64,000 nucleotides of DNA from Verrucomicrobiota bacterium (GCA_039818205.1 JBCBUK010000004.1:232302-296301); one strand, 5' to 3'; positions 28,965-38,879 are shown, numbered from the stretch's first letter. Numbers and translations are program-made. Notes: a model not told the origin generated them from the letters alone.

Positions 28965-29906
28965 ATGAAGCGATTTCTTCTAACCCTAGCGTTGTTTCTC
29001 GCAGTGCAAGCCCCGATCCTTGGTCTGTTTTTAGGTCTGTACTACGGGGTCCATTTTGAGAATGACCCGATGGCCGCGATCGTAGATAAAGAACGCCGCC
29101 TTAAGGAAACACTAGGGCCCCGCATCATTGTGGTTGGTGATTCGGGTGTGCCGTTTGGCACCGTTTCTCCGATGATTAAGGAGGCGTTTCCACAATACAA
29201 TCCGCTAAACTCCGGGCTTGCCGCAGGCTTTGGGCACCGGGTGCTGTTGGGGGAGGTCGAAGCTGCCGTTCAGCCCGGCGATATGGTGGTCGTGTGCTTT
29301 GTCTACGAGCTGTTTACCCGGAACCTTTTGAACGCGTTTTTTTATCCGCTCAGTGCGCAGGATCCCGACGTATACTTGAGCCTTGATCAACGTGACATGA
29401 GCATTCTGGGCGACAATGCCTTTATCCTGGTGAAGTCTGCCATGCACCATTCACGGAAACTGTTGTTCGATCCGATTGATAAGGCATTTGCCCATCCCTA
29501 CGCGCGAAACAGTTACAACGAGTTTGGCGACATCGATGCGCATTATGAGATGGAGCGCCCCGTGGGTCGCCCGCTGACGATTAAGGAGCTGGAATTTGAC
29601 GATTTTGAGTACGCCGCGGAGATCATTCAGGACATCAACGCGTTTTCCGCGGCATGCGAAGCGAAAGGAGCCAAAGTCGTTTTCTTGTTTCCGGCTATCA
29701 GCGAGGAGTCCTACCAGAAGCACGGTGCCAAAATGGATCGGTTGGCTGAGGTTCTGGAGAGTGCCCTTACTGTTCCGTTACTCAACCGACCAAATGAAGC
29801 GGTTTTTCCGAAAGCGATGTTGTACGACACGCCTTATCACCTGACTGGCGAAGGTGCGCGACAGCGGACGGAACGCTTGGTTGAAGCATTGCGCGAACAC
29901 CTCTAA
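28965..29906 (+). CDS. Membrane-anchored SGNH-like protein (AlgJ/DltD/PatB-like MBOAT partner)
   Basis: N-terminal TM, IIVVGDS block I, YDTPYHL DxxxH block V; adjacent to the MBOAT gene. Confidence 0.65.
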   Translation: MKRFLLTLALFLAVQAPILGLFLGLYYGVHFENDPMAAIVDKERRLKETLGPRIIVVGDSGVPFGTVSPMIKEAFPQYNPLNSGLAAGFGHRVLLGEVEAAVQPGDMVVVCFVYELFTRNLLNAFFYPLSAQDPDVYLSLDQRDMSILGDNAFILVKSAMHHSRKLLFDPIDKAFAHPYARNSYNEFGDIDAHYEMERPVGRPLTIKELEFDDFEYAAEIIQDINAFSAACEAKGAKVVFLFPAISEESYQKHGAKMDRLAEVLESALTVPLLNRPNEAVFPKAMLYDTPYHLTGEGARQRTERLVEALREHL

Positions 29907-29923
29907 CTTGTCCAAATAACTCG

Positions 29924-31996
29924 ATGATCTCTTTCCGAGAAAACGCGGACGCTCCCAGCCAAGGGATTGATGCCCAAAGTTTGGTGAAGGCCTGCGATCG
30001 GGTATTCGCCACCGATGGCTGGTTGGCGAAAGATCTTAAGCTCGAGCATCGGCCCCAGCAGGAAGAGATGGCGCAAGCCGTAATTCGGAATTTCGTCAGC
30101 GACCGCTCCCTGCTGTTCGAGGCGGGAACGGGCGTTGGAAAGTCTCTGGCTTATCTGGTTCCAGGAATTCTCCGAGCGGTTGTTTCCCAACGTCCGTTTT
30201 TGGTTTCGACGCACACCATAGCATTGCAGCAACAGCTGCTCAACAGTGATATCCCGTTGGTTCGGTCTCTGTTTGATCAGGTCGACGAACTAGCTGATTA
30301 CCGAAACTTCCGGGCTACGCTCCTGGTTGGTCGTGGTAATTATTTGTGCGGACATCGTTTATCTCGGGCAATCGCCACGAAGGCCGATCTTTTTGGCGGT
30401 CCTCAGGTGGAAGAATTAGAGCGAATCGCTGAGTGGAGCACGGTGACCAAAGACGGCCTGCGGGATGAACTCAATCCGTCACCCGATCACGAGGTTTGGG
30501 AGTGGGTGAACGCCGATTCGTCATCATGCAGCAAAAAGAACTGCACGCCCGAGAACTGTTTCTACCGTCGCGCCTTGGAGGCTCGCAAAAAGTCTCAATT
30601 GGTAGTCCTAAACCACAGCTTGCTTTTCAGTCTGATTGCGGCCGGCCTTGCGCCCGGCAATAGCGAAGGCGTTCTTTATCCGAGCGATTATGTGGTTCTC
30701 GATGAAGGGCACACGGTGCCAAATATTGCTACCGACCACTACGGTCTTGGCATCTCCAGCTACGCCGTTGAGCGCGCTCTAAAGCTGCTCTACAATCCCG
30801 CAAGAAAGAAGGGCAAGGGACTTCTGGCCAAGGTTGGACGAACGGAAGACCATCGTGCGGTCACTGAAGCGCTCGCTGCGTCTGAGGGCTTCTTTAATGA
30901 GATCCGCTCCCGTTACCTGAAGCGGCAGGAAACGGTTCGGCTGCATGAAGAGGATTGGGCTGAGCCCGTATTGCACCGACCCCTCGGGCGCGTGGTAGAC
31001 CGTCTTGGTGTGTTGCGGGCAAATACGGATGATGATCATCTCAAGGATGAACTGGGTGATCACCGGCGCCGCCTACAAGACATGCTCACCGGGATTCAGC
31101 ATGCGCTGGAGTTGAAGCACGGCGAGCAACAGGTTTATTGGTTGGAGCAAGCCGGGCGGAAACGCAATATCGTCCAGATTCGTTCCGCGCCGCTCAATGT
31201 TGCTGAGGCACTACGCGAGACGCTTTTTAACCGAGGCACGTCCGTGGTCGTGACCAGCGCGACGCTGGCCTCGGGCAATAATATGGATAGTTTTGCTCAG
31301 CGAGTCGGCGCCGAAGGTGAGGATTTCTCGATTGAAGCCTCACCGTTTGATTTCGAAAAGAATCTCGAGATTTTTATCGCCGAGGACGCTCCTCAGCCTC
31401 GAAGTGGTGAAGGGCAGGCGGATCGCCAATATCTGGCTAAGGCCATTCAAACCTGCATAGATGGATCAAGCGGCGGTACTTTGGTCCTGTTTACCAGCTA
31501 CGCAGATTTACGGTCGACGGGGGATAGTTTGGCCCCGATTTTTCGCTCCCAGGGGCGTTTATTTCTCCGGCAGGGCGACGGAATTTCTCGGGCAGAGCTC
31601 AAGACGCAATTTATGCGCAATGGCAACGCTGTCCTGTTTGGAACGGAGAGTTTTTGGACGGGTTTTGATGCTCCTGGCGAGGCGCTCAGCCAAGTGATCA
31701 TTACGCGGTTGCCCTTTGACGTGCCCACCCATCCAATCTTGGAAGCCCGCTCGGAATGGATCCGGTCTCAAGGTGGCAGCCCGTTCGCCGAGATGACCTT
31801 GCCAGATGCGATTGTAAGGTTCCGCCAAGGAGTTGGGCGACTCCTCCGTAAGAAAACTGATCAGGGACGTTTGATCCTGCTCGATAGCCGTATTCTGACT
31901 AAGGAATATGGCCGATATTTCATTGGGGCCCTTCCGAGGACTGAATTCAAGCGTTTCAACCAAGAAAACCAGGGTGTATTGCTAGGAAAACGTTAA
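29924..31996 (+). CDS. dinG: DinG/YoaA family ATP-dependent DNA helicase
   Basis: EAGTGVGKS, GRGNYLC plus three further Cys (Fe-S), DEGH, TSAT, LVLFTSY, RQGVGRLLR. Confidence 0.9.
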   Translation: MISFRENADAPSQGIDAQSLVKACDRVFATDGWLAKDLKLEHRPQQEEMAQAVIRNFVSDRSLLFEAGTGVGKSLAYLVPGILRAVVSQRPFLVSTHTIALQQQLLNSDIPLVRSLFDQVDELADYRNFRATLLVGRGNYLCGHRLSRAIATKADLFGGPQVEELERIAEWSTVTKDGLRDELNPSPDHEVWEWVNADSSSCSKKNCTPENCFYRRALEARKKSQLVVLNHSLLFSLIAAGLAPGNSEGVLYPSDYVVLDEGHTVPNIATDHYGLGISSYAVERALKLLYNPARKKGKGLLAKVGRTEDHRAVTEALAASEGFFNEIRSRYLKRQETVRLHEEDWAEPVLHRPLGRVVDRLGVLRANTDDDHLKDELGDHRRRLQDMLTGIQHALELKHGEQQVYWLEQAGRKRNIVQIRSAPLNVAEALRETLFNRGTSVVVTSATLASGNNMDSFAQRVGAEGEDFSIEASPFDFEKNLEIFIAEDAPQPRSGEGQADRQYLAKAIQTCIDGSSGGTLVLFTSYADLRSTGDSLAPIFRSQGRLFLRQGDGISRAELKTQFMRNGNAVLFGTESFWTGFDAPGEALSQVIITRLPFDVPTHPILEARSEWIRSQGGSPFAEMTLPDAIVRFRQGVGRLLRKKTDQGRLILLDSRILTKEYGRYFIGALPRTEFKRFNQENQGVLLGKR

Positions 31997-32043
31997 TTTT
32001 AGGGGAAGTAAACCGAGTATATTTGTGAATTAATTTCGTCGTC

Positions 32044-32072
32044 TTTACTTTCTGCCCAAAATATTCTATAAG
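32044..32072 (+). promoter_or_regulatory. Sigma70-like promoter of the PP2C gene
   Basis: TTTACT-17 nt-TATAAG in an AT-rich intergenic region. Confidence 0.5.
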
Positions 32073-32116
32073 TCTGAATTTAAACACGATATGGGCCTCG
32101 CTTAGGGGCTTTTACT

Positions 32117-32851
32117 ATGTCTACATCAGTATCCAGCTTTTCCGTTCACGCCTTTGGTCAAACCGACCAAGGCCTCATGCGGAGCGAGAACGAAGACAGT
32201 TATTACGTTTCCGATGATCACCAGCTATTTGCCGTTGCCGACGGACTGGGTGGTTTACCCGAGGGATCCGTGGCATCAAGGCTTGCGGTTGAGGTCATCG
32301 GAAAGCATCTGCGCGAACTTGAGATTGGCGCATCAGTTGATTTTGTCCGGATGTTCGAAAAGGTGAACTTGGAGGTCTTTGAAAAAGGACGATCTATCAG
32401 TGCCGACATGGGAATTGGCACCACCTTGACGGTGACTCAATTCCAGGGCGGACGCCTGCGAGTTGGCCATGTGGGTGATACCGGGCTGGTCGTTTTCTCG
32501 CCGGATTCGTGGCGTCAGGTGACCCGCGACCATACCATGGCCCAAGATATGTTGGACCGTCTGCGTCCCGGTGAGCATGCTTACATCCCCGAGTATTTTT
32601 CGCATACCCTGACTCGTTGCATTGGTCAGTTGTCAACTATCCAAGTGGATACTTATGATGACACGGTGGAACCTGGTGAGCGAGCGATTCTATTCTCCGA
32701 CGGCGTAACCAAAACGATGGAAATGGACGAGGTTCATGAAAAGATCCTGACCGCTACTTCACCGAAGGAGTTTGTTCAGGAAATCATCGAAACCGCAAAC
32801 ATGCGTGGTGGCCCAGACAACGTCACGGTGATCGCGATGTTCTTCGAGTAG
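32117..32851 (+). CDS. PP2C/PPM family Ser/Thr protein phosphatase
   Basis: RSENED, AVADGLGG, GTT, HVGD, TRDH, SDG, GGPDNVT. Confidence 0.93.
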   Translation: MSTSVSSFSVHAFGQTDQGLMRSENEDSYYVSDDHQLFAVADGLGGLPEGSVASRLAVEVIGKHLRELEIGASVDFVRMFEKVNLEVFEKGRSISADMGIGTTLTVTQFQGGRLRVGHVGDTGLVVFSPDSWRQVTRDHTMAQDMLDRLRPGEHAYIPEYFSHTLTRCIGQLSTIQVDTYDDTVEPGERAILFSDGVTKTMEMDEVHEKILTATSPKEFVQEIIETANMRGGPDNVTVIAMFFE

Positions 32852-32858
32852 GTCGCTC

Positions 32859-34178
32859 TCAACGGAAGGCGAAATCCTCGCTGATGATTCGCTCACGAGG
32901 CAAGCCGAGTTCGAGAAACTGTTTGGTTAGGTCGCGATTAAACGCCGAGGTTCCGCATAGCATGACTGCGTAGTCGTCAATTTCGCCGATATCTTCCCAC
33001 ACTTTTTGGGCCGTGAGACGGCCACGATCTTTGGTTATCCAAAGATCGTAATCCACGTAGGAATCGGCGTCCATGTAACGGCTGCTGATTTCGTTATCGT
33101 AGCCTGCGTGGCTTTTTTCCCGGACAATATAGTAAAGCCAGATGCGGCGAAAATCGTTATTGGTTAGCTCGAACGCCAACATCGAAAGAAACGGGGTGAT
33201 GCCGATCCCGGCGCCAATCAATACTAATCGCCGATACTTAACGAAGGCATTGGGGCTGAATCCACCAAATGGACCGTAGACATCAATCTGGGTATTGGGC
33301 TCAACCATTCGTAGGGCTTGGGTATAGTCTCCGACCGCACGAATCGAGAAGCGGAGTTCTCGGTTGACTGGGCTGGACGAGATGGTGAAGGGGTGAAGTT
33401 CTTTGGGAAGCGTCGGATGGTCGGGTGCCATGATGAACGCAAACGTTCCCGGATTGTAGGTCATGCGACGCTGCTCCGGAGTCAGAATGAGATCAAATTT
33501 TTCCTCGGTTTTCTGGACCACTTTTTCAACCGTGTAGCCATAGCGCGGCCCAAACCGTTTGAAGAACAGAATTCGGTAAAGATAGGCCAGGCTTCCTGCG
33601 GTGCACAGCATGACCATCCAGGTGCTCAACGGCTCAAAATCCATCATGCTGCCCGGCACGAAAATGATGTGGATGAAAAAGAAGAGGAAGAGCGCCCCAT
33701 TTAGCTGGTGGAGCCAGAGCCAGCGTGCATAGGGCAGTCGCTGGTTGTAGGCCAGAACCGCTAGGACGACAAAACCATAAAAGACCAGGATGTCCGGTGT
33801 GCGTGCGGTCGGGGAATACCATGGAATGAAGAGGTCGCCGACCAGTTTTCCAGATGCCTTCCATGGCGGGATTAGTAGCAGCAGGTGGATGACGAGAATG
33901 ATGATTGCCCACATGCCCAATTTGCGATGCAGACGAATCGCGCGGTCCAAACCACCAAAAAGACCCTCGAGAGTAATGCTTCGTGCACCGGCGAGGAGAC
34001 CAAGCGCCATGTAGGCGAGGGAGATTAATCCCAGTAACTGTGAGGGTCCCCGCCAAGGCCAGAGATCATCTGGCTGGACGACGGCGTGCTTTGACAATCC
34101 CCAAAGGAGCGTCGTTATCGCAGTTACTAAACCGACGATCACCACTTCGCGACGTTGCAGCGTCTTCAATGATAACAT
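32859..34178 (-). CDS. Ferric reductase-like transmembrane oxidoreductase with FAD/NAD-binding domain
   Basis: Six TMs with His pairs, HPFTISS, GPFG, GAGIGITP, LCG, EDF end; start at ATG 34178. Confidence 0.87.
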   Translation of the reverse strand: MLSLKTLQRREVVIVGLVTAITTLLWGLSKHAVVQPDDLWPWRGPSQLLGLISLAYMALGLLAGARSITLEGLFGGLDRAIRLHRKLGMWAIIILVIHLLLLIPPWKASGKLVGDLFIPWYSPTARTPDILVFYGFVVLAVLAYNQRLPYARWLWLHQLNGALFLFFFIHIIFVPGSMMDFEPLSTWMVMLCTAGSLAYLYRILFFKRFGPRYGYTVEKVVQKTEEKFDLILTPEQRRMTYNPGTFAFIMAPDHPTLPKELHPFTISSSPVNRELRFSIRAVGDYTQALRMVEPNTQIDVYGPFGGFSPNAFVKYRRLVLIGAGIGITPFLSMLAFELTNNDFRRIWLYYIVREKSHAGYDNEISSRYMDADSYVDYDLWITKDRGRLTAQKVWEDIGEIDDYAVMLCGTSAFNRDLTKQFLELGLPRERIISEDFAFR

Positions 34179-34244
34179 TCGAGCCGTTATAGCGATGAAT
34201 CCTAAATGGGCTAGCACGAAAGGTTACATTCAATCTGGATTCCT

Positions 34245-34706
34245 GTGATGCATTCCGTTCTATATGAAATCATTCTAAGAATGCTGGAATCGTTTCGACA
34301 ACGCCTTTTCGGAAAGAGCGCCTCACCAACGGGAGACCGGGCGGAGCGAGGTCGCTTCGGTGAGCGTGAGGCTGGGAAATTCCTTAAAAAGCAGAAAGGT
34401 CACCGTATATTGGTGCGCAATTGGCGCGCGGGTAAGGATGAGATCGACCTCGTCACGAAGAGCGGGGATGTCATCGTTTTTGTCGAAGTGCGGTCTCGCC
34501 AGTCAACGGCCAAAGTCAGTGGTTACAGCAGTGTGACTCAGGCGAAAAAGAAATGCCTCCTGCGGGTATGCCAAGCCTATTTGCGGGCACTTCGTCCACG
34601 TCCGGCGCATTTTCGGTTTGATATTGTCGAAGTCAGGCTTGGTAATGACGGGGAATTTTCTATACATCATTTTGAGAACGTCCCATTGTTCCCGAAAAAC
34701 AATTAA
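34245..34706 (+). CDS. YraN (UPF0102) family protein
   Basis: GRFGEREA, RNWR, EIDLV, VFVEVR, RFDIV; true start may be ATG 34281. Confidence 0.88.
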   Translation: MMHSVLYEIILRMLESFRQRLFGKSASPTGDRAERGRFGEREAGKFLKKQKGHRILVRNWRAGKDEIDLVTKSGDVIVFVEVRSRQSTAKVSGYSSVTQAKKKCLLRVCQAYLRALRPRPAHFRFDIVEVRLGNDGEFSIHHFENVPLFPKNN

Positions 34707-34732
34707 CGTATAGACCCAGACACCACACCGCT

Positions 34733-36286
34733 ATGTTAGAAACGGCAGCAACCGCACGACATCCTTTTCTTCAGGGCCTCAGCAAGCACCGCGGAGCCCC
34801 CCCAACGATCATCGTGATCTTTGGTGCCTCCGGAGACCTGACGGCACGGAAACTCATTCCTGCTCTTTATAATCTGGGCCTCGATAATTTGCTCCCCCAT
34901 GATTTTTTCCTGGTCGGATACGGTCGTCGGCCCATCCCTGATGAGGATTTCCGCAAGGATGCGGAAGAGGCGCTCGGTAAGTTTTCCCGCCGCCCGTTGA
35001 ACAACGAGCTTTGGTCACATATCAAGCCGAATATTTGCTATCATGCCGGTGGGTATGACGACTTGAAGGCTTTCGAAGCGTTGCGTGAGAAGATGCTGGG
35101 TATCGAGAAAGACCTGGGCCGGGACGTTCAATTCCTGTTTTATATCTCGACGCCACCGTCGGTCTTTAAGCCGATTCTCGAGAATCTGGGAGACAGTGGA
35201 CTGGCCAAGCATGGTGAGGGCACCGACCTCGCATCCAAGGTAATCATCGAAAAGCCGTTCGGGCGGGATTTGGAAACGGCTCAGGAGCTAAACCGGATCA
35301 TCACCAATCAGTTTGATGAAAAACAGGTCTATCGCATCGACCACTACCTGGGCAAAGAGACGGTTCAGGATTTGATGGTTCTACGCTTTGCCAATAGCAT
35401 TTTCGAACCACTGTGGAACCGAAATTACGTCGAGTGTGTGCAGATCACCGTGGCCGAGAGCCTCGGGGTCGGTACGCGTGGTGGCTACTATGATCAATCG
35501 GGTGCCACCCGCGATATGCTGCAGAACCATACGATGCAGCTCCTTTCGCTCGTCGCCATGGAGCCGCCGGTTTCACTTTCCGCCGAAGATATTCGCGATG
35601 AAAAGGTTAAGCTCCTTAAAGCAATTGAACCAATGCGACCCGGGCCTGATGGAGACGTCGTGCGCGCTCAGTATCAAGAGGGCTTGATTGAAGGCGAGCG
35701 CGTTCCTGGGTATTTGCAAGCACAGGACATCCCTCAGGATTCGGCGACTGAGACCTTCGCCGCTCTGCGAATGTCTATTGATAACTGGCGCTGGCAGGGC
35801 GTTCCGTTCTATTTGCGTAGCGGCAAGCGCCTGGCTCGTCGAGTTTCTGAGATTGCGATCCAGTTCAAGCAGCCTTCGGGTAGCCTGTTTTCGGACCCAA
35901 CCCGGTTCGACTTGGCCTCGAATACGCTGGTCATCCAGATTCAGCCGGACGAGGGTGCGACGCTATTGATGAATTCAAAAATTCCAGGCCTGGAAACGCG
36001 GACTCAACCCGTGAAGATGCACTTCCGCTACGCGACGACATTTGGTTCCAACACACCGGAGGCCTATGAGCGCTTGATTCTCGATGCGATGGTGGGCGAC
36101 TCAACGCTCTTTATTCGGGGTGATGAAACGGAGACTTCCTGGAAGCTCTATACGCCAATCCTGGACTACTGGGCTGAATGTGGTCGCAAGGGCCTCGATA
36201 CCTACACCGCAGGTTCATGGGGACCGTTGGCAGCGGACCGCCTGCTCTGGGAGCGCAAGCACGAGTGGCGCCGCGCTGGCCCGTAG
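34733..36286 (+). CDS. zwf: Glucose-6-phosphate 1-dehydrogenase
   Basis: FGASGDL, EKPFG, RIDHYLGKE, DMLQNH, PFYLRSGK, AYERL. Confidence 0.98.
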   Translation: MLETAATARHPFLQGLSKHRGAPPTIIVIFGASGDLTARKLIPALYNLGLDNLLPHDFFLVGYGRRPIPDEDFRKDAEEALGKFSRRPLNNELWSHIKPNICYHAGGYDDLKAFEALREKMLGIEKDLGRDVQFLFYISTPPSVFKPILENLGDSGLAKHGEGTDLASKVIIEKPFGRDLETAQELNRIITNQFDEKQVYRIDHYLGKETVQDLMVLRFANSIFEPLWNRNYVECVQITVAESLGVGTRGGYYDQSGATRDMLQNHTMQLLSLVAMEPPVSLSAEDIRDEKVKLLKAIEPMRPGPDGDVVRAQYQEGLIEGERVPGYLQAQDIPQDSATETFAALRMSIDNWRWQGVPFYLRSGKRLARRVSEIAIQFKQPSGSLFSDPTRFDLASNTLVIQIQPDEGATLLMNSKIPGLETRTQPVKMHFRYATTFGSNTPEAYERLILDAMVGDSTLFIRGDETETSWKLYTPILDYWAECGRKGLDTYTAGSWGPLAADRLLWERKHEWRRAGP

Positions 36287-36398
36287 CTGGGCGAACGTGC
36301 GGGCAGAGTTGCCTGCTCCAGACTTGTAGATTCCGTAAAAGTGCCTTATTTTCGGTTTCGAGGTTGATCCACAATCTCTACTGGATATCCTGTATGCA

Positions 36399-37613
36399 GT
36401 GAAGATTTTCATTTGTTGCTGCCTGGTCCTTTGCGGGGCGGGGCACGCCCTTGGCCAGGAGACCCTTTTACCCGATCCCGAGCCAGAATCCGTCGATGGT
36501 CCGAACTCCCAAATTTTGGAGGGCTCAGATGCCAGTGCAGGCGAGTATCCCTTTATGGTCGCATTGTTGGACCGGTTCTCGTTTTCAAATGTCGATGCAG
36601 TCTTTTGTGGCGGTGTCCTGATTCACCCCTACTATGTGCTGACGGCTGCGCACTGCTTGGAGGGCGAAACGAGGACAACCTTCGATGTCTTTGTTGGAAG
36701 CCATAATCTAAGCTCCGGTGGGCGCCGAGTCCCAATCGAAGCGATTTATATTCACCCGGATTACAACCCCGTTACCGAGGAGAATGATATTGCGATTTTG
36801 GAGCTGCGCACGCCGGTAACTGATATTGAGCCAATTGCGATTGCCGATGTTGCCGACTGGCAGGCGGCTGGGCGGGCTGGTCGGATCATAGGATGGGGGC
36901 GGACGGTTGAATCCGATTCAAATTCGACGCCCAATATTCTCCAAGAAGCCGACGTGACCATAATCGATTTTAATGCGGCGAATGCTGCTTGGTCAAATAC
37001 GCTTGAGGAATCGATGTTGCCAGCGGCAGACCTGCCTTCGGGCGAGATGGACTCCTGTTTCGGCGATAGTGGTGGTCCGTTGCTCGTTCGCCGGACAGAT
37101 ACCAATGAGTGGGCAGTTGCCGGCATCACAAGTTTCGGAGCTGGTTGCGGTGGGGTTGATCCACCCGGGATCTATACCCGCGTTTTTAGCTATCGTAACT
37201 ATATATACCAGCGGATCTACCCGAATTTTGCGCAGTGGTTGCAAGTCAATGGGTCGCCCGGAATCAGTGTCGACCTCGATGATGATGGGCGCGATACGGT
37301 TCTCGAGTATGCGTTTGCTGAGGACCCTGCCAACGGCATTATTAGCAGCCCGCAGTCAGGAGTGATCACAATTAGCAGAATTGACTATTCGACAATTACA
37401 TTCCGGCGCCAACGAGACATGAATGATTTCGAGTTTGTGTTGCAGCAGGGTGACAAGTCCCTCAATTGGCAAACGATCCCCATGGGCTCCAACATTTTGT
37501 CGATTCGCCAGATCGACACCAAAACGGAAGAGTTAACGGTGCGGGCCTTTTCACCGATTAGCACAGGCCCGTTTTTGCGCCTGCTTATTCAGCCTACGGG
37601 GCAATTAAATTAG
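36399..37613 (+). CDS. Secreted trypsin-family (S1) serine protease with C-terminal extension, copy 1
   Basis: Signal peptide, acidic pro-piece, LTAAHC / NDIAIL / DSCFGDSGGP catalytic triad, PGIYTRV. Confidence 0.92.
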   Translation: MKIFICCCLVLCGAGHALGQETLLPDPEPESVDGPNSQILEGSDASAGEYPFMVALLDRFSFSNVDAVFCGGVLIHPYYVLTAAHCLEGETRTTFDVFVGSHNLSSGGRRVPIEAIYIHPDYNPVTEENDIAILELRTPVTDIEPIAIADVADWQAAGRAGRIIGWGRTVESDSNSTPNILQEADVTIIDFNAANAAWSNTLEESMLPAADLPSGEMDSCFGDSGGPLLVRRTDTNEWAVAGITSFGAGCGGVDPPGIYTRVFSYRNYIYQRIYPNFAQWLQVNGSPGISVDLDDDGRDTVLEYAFAEDPANGIISSPQSGVITISRIDYSTITFRRQRDMNDFEFVLQQGDKSLNWQTIPMGSNILSIRQIDTKTEELTVRAFSPISTGPFLRLLIQPTGQLN

Positions 37614-37679
37614 GAATATTTCATCCTTTTTTTAAATTTGGTCGTTGATTTGCTTCTATGACGGGATATAACGTATCCA

Positions 37680-38879
37680 GTGAAAAATATTCTGTACTCA
37701 TTATTGTTGGTTTTATTGACTTCTTTTGCCTTCGCACAAGAGGCCATTGATCCGGACCCAGAGCCCGAATCGATTGATGAGCCCGATTCGCTGATTATTA
37801 ACGGGCGTAACGCGAGCCCGGGCGAGTATCCGTTTATGGTGGGTTTGTTACAGAGTGCTATCTCGGATAATCACGCAGCGTTTTTTTGCGGCGGTTCGCT
37901 AATCGACCCGGAGTATATATTGACGGCGGCTCACTGCGTTGATGGCTTTAATGCCTCGCAAATCGACGTCTGGGTTGGTTCTCATCAATTGAGTACTGGC
38001 GGCCGTCGGATTCCGGTTTCAGAAATTATTATCCATCCAGGTTGGTTTGGCGATGTTGGCCTTGGGGACGATGTTGCGATCCTAAAACTTAGTGAGCCGG
38101 TGACCGATATTCAGCCCATTGGCCTTGTCGAAGACGAATCGTGGCAACGGGATGGCTTGATCGCACGTGCGATTGGCTGGGGCCTAACCAATGTTGATGA
38201 CAATAACTCGAATCCAGAGATTCTTCAGGAACTTGATGTGACCATTCTCGATTATAGAGATCCATGGGGTGGAACCTTGGATCCGGAGATGATACCGGTG
38301 CAGGATTTGTCATCCCGTCCGGGCGAAATCTGTTTTGGGGACAGTGGAAGCGCATTATTGGTTCAGAACCCGGTCAATAGCCAGTGGGTTGTTGCTGGTG
38401 TAGCCAGTTTCGGCGACGGTTGCGATCCGCTCGGTGAACCAACGGTTTATGCCCGTGTTCTTAGCTATCGTAATTACGTCATTCCATTCATCTTGGAAGA
38501 TTTTGGAAAATGGATGTCTGACAATAATTTGAGCGATATCTACGATGACCCCGATCGCGATGGTCGTCCGGCGCTGGTTGAGTTTGCTTTCAATGAGGAT
38601 CCTCGTAGTGGAGTATTTTCTTCGGTTGAGCCTGGGATGGTGCGCATTCGGACGATTGAATATGTCACCATTGCGTTTAACCGTCGGCGTGGTCTCAAGG
38701 ATGTTGTGGTTGGATTGCAACAGGCCAACGAAACCTTCCAATGGCAGAATATCCCGATCTCATCCAATATTCTGTCGATCGCCCCAATTGATGCGGACAC
38801 CGAGCGTGTCACGGTGCGAGCGTTTTCACCAGCCAAACGCGTGCAGTTCCTTCGTTTGATCGTTACGCAGGCTCCATAG
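37680..38879 (+). CDS. Secreted trypsin-family (S1) serine protease with C-terminal extension, copy 2
   Basis: Signal peptide, LTAAHC / DDVAIL / EICFGDSGSA; collinear paralogue of 36399-37613. Confidence 0.9.
   Translation: MKNILYSLLLVLLTSFAFAQEAIDPDPEPESIDEPDSLIINGRNASPGEYPFMVGLLQSAISDNHAAFFCGGSLIDPEYILTAAHCVDGFNASQIDVWVGSHQLSTGGRRIPVSEIIIHPGWFGDVGLGDDVAILKLSEPVTDIQPIGLVEDESWQRDGLIARAIGWGLTNVDDNNSNPEILQELDVTILDYRDPWGGTLDPEMIPVQDLSSRPGEICFGDSGSALLVQNPVNSQWVVAGVASFGDGCDPLGEPTVYARVLSYRNYVIPFILEDFGKWMSDNNLSDIYDDPDRDGRPALVEFAFNEDPRSGVFSSVEPGMVRIRTIEYVTIAFNRRRGLKDVVVGLQQANETFQWQNIPISSNILSIAPIDADTERVTVRAFSPAKRVQFLRLIVTQAP

Noticed and set aside
36299..36316. GCGGGCA-GAGT-TGCCTGC hairpin after zwf as a terminator
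   Set aside because: Short stem and no U tract; not enough support
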